A stretch of DNA of 4,541 nt, taken from the IMG/VR virus record IMGVR_UViG_2671180432_000007. The stretch is one strand, 5' to 3'. The position numbers and the translations under genes are program-made. Shown here piece by piece: positions 1 to 4,541 of this stretch. This stretch comes from a virus (lineage: Duplodnaviria; Heunggongvirae; Uroviricota; Caudoviricetes). The notes under the pieces were generated by a model. That model made no database searches and was not told the DNA's origin. It saw only the letters and a list, made by a program, of their open reading frames with translations. Position 1 is the stretch's first letter. Each line of letters begins with the position of its first letter.

Positions 1-83
1 GGAAGTCGCTGTCGTTCTCAAAATCGGTGGAGCTGCATGACAAAGTCATCGGGCATTATCTGAACATAAAACACTATCAATAA
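1..83 (+). CDS. insB: IS1 transposase insB, 3' end only (26 C-terminal codons plus TAA at 81-83)
   Basis: Translation of 3-80 gives KSLSFSKSVELHDKVIGHYLNIKHYQ followed by TAA, matching the recalled C-terminus of IS1 InsB. The gene is 5'-partial at the window edge. Confidence 0.88.
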   Translation, partial: KSLSFSKSVELHDKVIGHYLNIKHYQ

Positions 84-98
84 GTTGGAGTCATTACC
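1..98 (+). mobile_element. IS1 right-end fragment (terminal 98 bp, IRR at 76-98); the rest of the element lies outside the window to the left
   Basis: Reverse complement of 76-98 is GGTAATGACTCCAACTTATTGAT, which I recognise as the IS1 right terminal inverted repeat. Plus-strand frame 3 encodes the InsB C-terminus. The gp47-like reading frame is broken exactly at 98/99. Identification is from memory of the IS1 sequence, not a database search. Confidence 0.9.
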
Positions 99-692
99 TG
101 CGCCCCCCTGTGGAATGTAGTAATAACGTTCCATAACGCGGGCACGCCATATTTCCAGATTTTCAATATCTTCACCGTCTGTAATGGTGTCAGCGTACCC
201 TGTGGACGGCAGACCACTGACGGGTGTTCCCAGTTGCATGGCAATACCATCATCCGTATTCCCCGCCGATCCCGGTTCGTCTGCCACAACAGGCACCCGG
301 AGAAGACCATCGGCTGCGGTCACCGTCGCCGTCGTGGTAAAGGTCACCTGATTATCACGCTGGATCTGCGTTCCCGCTGGCAATACCGGCGTCCCCTCTA
401 CGCCATCCCAGCGCACAAATCCCCGGGCTGCCACCGCTTCTTTTCGCGGGCAGCGTTTGATTCTGGCGTGCCGGTACAGCCAGTCTTCATCACACACGTC
501 CGGTAACAGATTTCTGGCAAGATAATCGATATACCCGTACAACGTGTGTACGGCTGCAGCCTGTACACGGGCATACACTTCCGCATCCATACGACGAAGC
601 AGCGTATCCTGCTCAAAGCGGGTTAATAAATCGCTCCGGATCATAGAAATAAGTTGCGGGAGGCCGGGGCGATAAAACTGACTGTCAGCCAT
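18..692 (-). pseudogene. Mu gp47/W-like baseplate J-family protein, 3'-truncated by IS1 insertion at 98/99
   Basis: 224-aa ORF with ATG at 692-690 and a GGAG Shine-Dalgarno 8 nt upstream. It sits last in the N-P-Q-gp46-gp47 order. Only about 198 codons (99-692) are phage-derived; the last 26 residues (GNDSNLLIVFYVQIMPDDFVMQLHRF) and the stop come from IS1 read antisense. Baseplate J proteins of Mu-like phages are about 350-380 aa (recalled, not checked). Confidence 0.78.
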
Positions 693-1095
693 TCAGTTCA
701 CTCCAGATATCATCAAAAATAATGTTGTGAATATTGCCGTCACGCTGGTAAATGGTAATGGCAAGTGCCAGCGAGTCTGTCCCGGTCCGGACAGCGTTAA
801 TATCAAGACGGGAAGCAACACCATCCTCCACCATCCACGCCAGCGCCTCACGGACATAATCTCTGGCAAGCTGCGGGGTTTTATTTGTCAGCTTGCTGCG
901 TCGCAACAGATACAAACGCGACCCCGTGCGATCATTCTGAACCGCAGGCCAGGTATCCCCCCACCATCCAAATATCCGTGGTGCATCATCACGCCCGGCA
1001 CGCCGCCATGTAAAAAGCGAAATAATCACAGCACGCGTCAGAAGGTCGATCGAAGCCCCGGTCGACACGGGTCGCCCGTTAACATTAATCATCAT
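685..1095 (-). CDS. Mu gp46/V-like small baseplate protein (GP46 family)
   Basis: 136-aa ORF between the Q-like and W-like genes. Its stop overlaps the W start by 8 nt (ATGGCTGA). Size and position match Mu gp46. Confidence 0.78.
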   Translation of the reverse strand: MMINVNGRPVSTGASIDLLTRAVIISLFTWRRAGRDDAPRIFGWWGDTWPAVQNDRTGSRLYLLRRSKLTNKTPQLARDYVREALAWMVEDGVASRLDINAVRTGTDSLALAITIYQRDGNIHNIIFDDIWSELNG

Positions 1096-1100
1096 GATTT

Positions 1101-1634
1101 TCAGCCCATCGGTTGATCCGGCGTGTCAGTGATCCCGCCACCATCACCATTTTCGGTATGTTTGTGGGCATTGTAGGCCTGCCGCATTTGCTGCATGCTG
1201 AGTCCGCCACTGTCGCAATTGTCAGTAATATCGGCGGTGGATTCGACTGGCATTTCAAAGCGCGCTTTAGGCGCGTTTTTAAAAATTATGGCCTTCCCGG
1301 CCCCGTCCACCACAATACCGGAACGGGTCAGGACAACGGACTGTCCCAGATCGTCATAAAGCGCCACTTCCCCACGTTTCAGTCCTTTCAGCCGGTAACG
1401 TCTGTCAGCCACGACCACAACCACACCATGAGAACGATCGCCCGCCGGAAATAAAGCAACGCCCTCAGCACCGTTCTGTGCGGCAGATGTAAAACCATAA
1501 GGTTCAAGGTGCTCAACGTGTTGTTTCTGATCTCCGGCTATCATTTTCAACCCTACAGACTGACACTTTCTGGCGGAATCCACCGCCGTGATGACAGCCC
1601 GGGAAATCAGATTACGAAGAGAAAACCCGTTCAT
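1101..1634 (-). CDS. Mu gp45/Q-like baseplate assembly protein V / central spike
   Basis: 177-aa ORF with ATG at 1634-1632 preceded by GAGGAGG 7 nt upstream. It overlaps the 3' end of the P-like gene by 23 nt. Size and synteny match Mu gp45 / P2 gpV. Confidence 0.8.
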   Translation of the reverse strand: MNGFSLRNLISRAVITAVDSARKCQSVGLKMIAGDQKQHVEHLEPYGFTSAAQNGAEGVALFPAGDRSHGVVVVVADRRYRLKGLKRGEVALYDDLGQSVVLTRSGIVVDGAGKAIIFKNAPKARFEMPVESTADITDNCDSGGLSMQQMRQAYNAHKHTENGDGGGITDTPDQPMG

Positions 1635-2694
1635 CAGAAATCCTCCTCAACATTTTTTTCTTCCTGGCGGTAACAGGCTCGGGGAGATAAGCATCTGCCG
1701 GGCCAACCCGTAATTCAGTCGTCGTGCCCCGGTCGTCCTGGTTATAGGTAACTTCTGCGATCACCAGTTCATCATTATCAAAATTATTCAGCGGGTCGAA
1801 AACGATGACAGATAACCCCGGACGCCATAACGCGCCACTGCCCTGCCGCCAGCCCTGAACCGTATATGTTGTCTCACGGGTAAGCGCAGCCCGTTGGCGC
1901 GCTTCAAATTCACAACGGGCCTTACAGGTTGCTGTCGTTGCTGTGCCTGACTGCTGAATCAACAAAGGGCGATAACGGGTCACGCCACTGTCCTGAATGG
2001 TCTGACGTATTGCGGCAATGGTGGCCTCACCAAAATCATCGTCGTTGCCCGGGCGCTGCCCACTGACCTGATATTCAGAAAACCGCTCTCTGATGCTTCT
2101 TTCCGTGTCACAGGAAAGAATATTCTCTCCCAGCACCAGCACCAGCGCCGTCGCCGCTTTACCTGTTCCGGGTTTTCCCAGAACCAGTCGCCCGCATTCA
2201 TCGTCATAAGCCAGCGTCTGAACCTGCCCCAGTAACCGGTTAAGACAATCGGCAACGGTTTCGCCGTGTTCCGGCTGGGCATCAATCACCGCTGTCTGCG
2301 GCACGCCAGCATCAACAACGGTGATGCCAAATGGCGCAGCCAGTTCACTGACTATTCTGAGCAGGTTTTTTCCGCTCTGCTGGAGTGGCAAAGCAGAGCA
2401 GTCAACCAGATCGGCTGTTTTGCTTCGCCCGACAATTCCCATGCTGACGCTGCTGGCGTCATAACGAAGCGGTAGTGCCTCCACATATCCGGTGAGCACA
2501 GGCTCATCCCCGATAAGCACTTCAACCAGCTCACCATTTTTTATCCGGGGTTGATAATCCCGGCTTCCGGGCCAGCGGGTGGTAATGGCAACATTAAAAT
2601 CCCGGGCAATACGGTTAATGCCCGCACTGATACGGACGGATGTCCAGCCGCCCCATTCGCGACCGGAAACCCGAAGTAAAACGGTATCATTCAT
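1612..2694 (-). CDS. Mu gp44/P-like tail protein (GPD / late control D family, baseplate hub)
   Basis: 360-aa ORF. Its ATG overlaps the N stop as ATGA (2691-2694), suggesting translational coupling. N-terminal and central motifs resemble Mu P / P2 gpD proteins as recalled. Position immediately downstream of the N-like gene. Confidence 0.83.
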   Translation of the reverse strand: MNDTVLLRVSGREWGGWTSVRISAGINRIARDFNVAITTRWPGSRDYQPRIKNGELVEVLIGDEPVLTGYVEALPLRYDASSVSMGIVGRSKTADLVDCSALPLQQSGKNLLRIVSELAAPFGITVVDAGVPQTAVIDAQPEHGETVADCLNRLLGQVQTLAYDDECGRLVLGKPGTGKAATALVLVLGENILSCDTERSIRERFSEYQVSGQRPGNDDDFGEATIAAIRQTIQDSGVTRYRPLLIQQSGTATTATCKARCEFEARQRAALTRETTYTVQGWRQGSGALWRPGLSVIVFDPLNNFDNDELVIAEVTYNQDDRGTTTELRVGPADAYLPEPVTARKKKMLRRISDERVFSS

Positions 2695-4015
2695 CTGACG
2701 GGTACCCTTAATGCCCTGACCGGAACAAAGCCCGGATGAGAGATGGCATTTCGATCCAGGATATCAGTTTCACGGGACGCATCGTCGTACCATGACGCAG
2801 CCAGAACAAGCGCAGGCAGAACTTCCGCTGGCGTTCGCTCTGCGGTTTCCTCCGTCTGAACCAGACGCGCCTGAATATCCCGGTTCAGTTCTGTACGTAA
2901 TGACGTCAGCTGAAAAAACAGCCTGTCATCCGCCGTACGCCTGAGCTCCTGTTCAATCGCCGCGTTCAGCGATTTGCGTATGATGGTGAGATTTTCCCGC
3001 GTGGGTGGTTGCGCTCTCTCATCCTGTCCTGTGCTGGCTGCCACGCTGTCAAGTGCCGGATGAGAAACGTGAATAATATCGGACTGACGTTCAGTGGAAC
3101 CACCAACAGCCACAACCGCCTGCTGATTTTTCACCAGGCTTCCGGGTTGTGGCAGTGAAGTGACCGCCCTTGTGGCTTCGCTGATTGCCGTCGTCCGGAT
3201 GACAGCAGCCACAAGGTTTGTCTGCTGTTTTTGCCTGATAACCGATGCGGAATCTGTGGGCCACACCGCACGCGGTGCCAGTCCTGGGTCCAGCGTAATG
3301 CCGGACATTGTCGTTATGGACTGCACCAGATCCTGTGTGTTATCCACCAGCCGGGTTCCGGCCCGCCAGGTATCCTGCAACGTATGCACAAAATCACTGG
3401 CAACCGACGGCGGCATCAGAATGACGGATAAATCGCCCTGCAGTAGTCTCGCTCCGGCAGAAACAGCCGAATTAACCATTTTGAAAGCTGTCTGAACGGT
3501 TCCCAGCATATCGGTCGTCCGGGCAATAACATCGTTCTGAATAAAGTCCGGTATTCCCGCGAGATCAAAATCGCCGAACATGTCTTCAATCAACTCATCC
3601 AGGAATACGGACGACTCCTCCAGTTTTCTGGCGGTTGCAGCTCCGGCGACCGGAAATGACAGTTCCNNNNNNNNNNNNNNNNNNNNNNNNNNNNNNNNNN
3701 NNNNNNNNNNNNNNNNNNNNNNNNNNNNNNNNNNNNNNNNNNNNNNNNNNNNNNNNNNNNNNNNNNNNNNNNNNNNNNNNNNNNNNNNNNNNNNNNNNNN
3801 NNNNNNNNNNNNNNNNNNNNNNNNNNNNNNNNNNNNNNNNNNNNNNNNNNNNNTGGGTATTCATGGACCTGAACGCGGCGTCCGAACGAACCCTCGTCGC
3901 TCTCCACCGAAAACGGAACGCCACGAAATGAAGCGTCGTAAAGATTATCGCGCCAATTGATACCTGAAGATGCAGAAAAGAGTGAAGAAAGAGAAGGTAA
4001 AGAAGGTAAGTCCAT
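2691..4015 (-). CDS. Mu gp43/N-like DNA circulation protein, interrupted by a scaffold gap (3667-3853)
   Basis: The 5' part (4015 to 3854) encodes MDLPSLPSLSSLFSASSGINWRDNLYDASFRGVPFSVESDEGSFGRRVQVHEYP, a typical DNA_circ_N signature, with ATG at 4015-4013 and GGAG 5 nt upstream. The frame ending at 2691 is open all the way from the gap edge (3665), so the 300-aa track ORF is the 3' part of the same gene. Frame continuity across the gap cannot be judged because the N-run length is arbitrary. Confidence 0.75.
3667..3853. other. Assembly/scaffold gap (187 Ns)
   Basis: Uninterrupted run of n characters. Confidence 1.
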
Positions 4016-4029
4016 ACTGTCTCCACTAT

Positions 4030-4053
4030 AAAAAAACCGCCAATTTCTGGCGG
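4030..4053 (-). terminator. Putative rho-independent terminator downstream of the low-GC ORF and immediately upstream of the N start
   Basis: On the minus strand: stem CCGCCA (4053-4048), loop of 5 nt, stem TGGCGG (4042-4037), then 7 consecutive T (4036-4030). It begins 8 nt after the ORF stop (4064-4062). The stem is short (6 bp, 5 of them GC). Confidence 0.55.
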
Positions 4054-4061
4054 CTTATATA

Positions 4062-4457
4062 TTAATCATCATTAATATCTTTCATATTCAATTTGCAATT
4101 TTCGTAGGTCACTCCCGACTCGCCATTAACATTAACTCCAGCTCTGATATTCCCGTTTTCTTTTACATCTACAAAAAACTGGCCTCTTGGCATCTTGAAC
4201 GCAAATGTAAAACCAACAGTATCTGAATCAAAATCATCATCTTTATATATTGGGATCAAAAATGTCATCGTCGCTGGTGATGCATTGTTTGCAAAATCAA
4301 ATACACCTATACTTTTGCCGAATTCATAAGAAGCTTTTCTCAATATAATCGCACCGCTGGCAGAAGGGGATGGGCACGATATCCTCAGTTGTCTGAATCC
4401 ATCTGTATCCAAGTCAACGTCATTATCTGCAGATGTTTTAACGGGTAATGACTCCAA
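4062..4457 (-). CDS. Hypothetical protein in a low-GC island; function unknown; possibly 5'-truncated or pseudogenised at the IS1 junction
   Basis: 131-codon ORF in a region of about 38% GC. The apparent start is a TTG at 4457-4455 inside the IS1 end, with no Shine-Dalgarno and an in-frame stop further upstream in IS1. Only 4062-4443 is non-IS sequence. The first internal ATG (codon 64) also lacks a clear Shine-Dalgarno. I recognise no family. Confidence 0.4.
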   Translation of the reverse strand: MESLPVKTSADNDVDLDTDGFRQLRISCPSPSASGAIILRKASYEFGKSIGVFDFANNASPATMTFLIPIYKDDDFDSDTVGFTFAFKMPRGQFFVDVKENGNIRAGVNVNGESGVTYENCKLNMKDINDD

Positions 4458-4541
4458 CTTATTGATAGTGTTTTATGTTCAGATAATGCCCGATGACTTT
4501 GTCATGCAGCTCCACCGATTTTGAGAACGACAGCGACTTCC
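4444..4541 (-). mobile_element. IS1 right-end fragment (terminal 98 bp, IRR at 4444-4466), inverted relative to the left copy; the rest of the element lies outside the window to the right
   Basis: 4444-4541 is the exact reverse complement of 1-98 (98/98). The plus strand at 4444-4466 reads GGTAATGACTCCAACTTATTGAT. Identity breaks at the next base inward (position 99 versus 4443). Confidence 0.9.
4459..4541 (-). CDS. insB: IS1 transposase insB, 3' end only (second, inverted copy)
   Basis: Mirror image of feature 1-83: the minus strand encodes KSLSFSKSVELHDKVIGHYLNIKHYQ followed by a stop. Confidence 0.88.
   Translation of the reverse strand, partial: KSLSFSKSVELHDKVIGHYLNIKHYQ

Noticed and set aside
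77-2537. Minus-strand ORFs 77..310, 398..616, 1980..2285 and 2352..2537
   Set aside because: They are alternative frames nested inside the gp47-like and P-like genes; the long syntenic frames explain the sequence better.
2694-2800. Possible Mu C-dependent late promoter (PP-like) inside the 3' end of N, upstream of P
   Set aside because: Mu has a late promoter near this position, but I cannot confidently recall the C-binding consensus or pick out a convincing -10 element by eye. I am not reporting it as a feature.
234-3495. Plus-strand ORFs 234..506, 727..1116, 1113..1454, 2266..2475, 3160..3495 and 3231..3431
   Set aside because: All lie antisense within the confidently assigned minus-strand baseplate genes, have no recognisable product, and are expected by chance in GC-rich antisense frames.
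3580-4026. ORFs running through the N-run (3580..3960 +, 3635..3931 +, 3595..4026 -, and the post-gap part of 3590..4015 -)
   Set aside because: They are kept open only because Ns translate as X. Only the pre-gap part of 3590..4015 (the N N-terminus) and the frame ending at 2691 are credible coding sequence.
1-4541. Gin/Cin-type invertible segment (like the Mu G segment or P1 C segment) bounded by recombinase crossover repeats
   Set aside because: The repeats are IS1 ends, not short invertase crossover sites. The enclosed genes are conserved baseplate core genes, not alternative tail-fibre tips, and no invertase gene is in the window. Inversion by recombination between IS1 copies remains possible and is covered in the findings.
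1-4541. Terminal inverted repeats of a linear replicon or hairpin-telomere element
   Set aside because: The repeat content is recognisable as IS1 (InsB C-terminus plus IRR), and the 4.3-kb interior is an incomplete phage module, not a replicon.
4458-4541. Outward-reading promoter in the IS1 end driving the low-GC ORF
   Set aside because: Only weak -35/-10-like hexamers (for example ATGACA around 4501-4506 on the minus strand) with poor spacing, and no Shine-Dalgarno before the TTG. Not supportable from sequence alone.
1-4541. CRISPR arrays, tRNA or rRNA genes, tandem repeats
   Set aside because: No periodic direct repeats, cloverleaf-like segments or rRNA-like sequence seen. The only repeat structure is the terminal IS1 inverted repeat.

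Overview
This window is a 4.3-kb fragment of a Mu-like prophage baseplate module (all genes on the minus strand, in the order N - P - Q - gp46/V - gp47/W), bounded at both ends by the terminal 98 bp of insertion sequence IS1 in inverted orientation. The two ends (1-98 and 4444-4541) are perfect reverse complements; they encode the InsB C-terminus (KSLSFSKSVELHDKVIGHYLNIKHYQ*) and end in the IS1 right inverted repeat GGTAATGACTCCAACTTATTGAT. The left IS1 end cuts the gp47/W-like gene after about 198 codons, so the prophage is probably defective. Between the N gene and the right IS1 end lies a low-GC island (about 38% GC against about 57% elsewhere) carrying one orphan ORF of unknown function, followed by an intrinsic terminator just before the N start. 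N contains a 187-nt run of Ns (scaffold gap). I found no tRNA, rRNA or CRISPR array. I do not see a clearly novel system; the only truly unexplained element is the low-GC ORF. All homology calls are from recalled family signatures, sizes and gene order, not from a database search.
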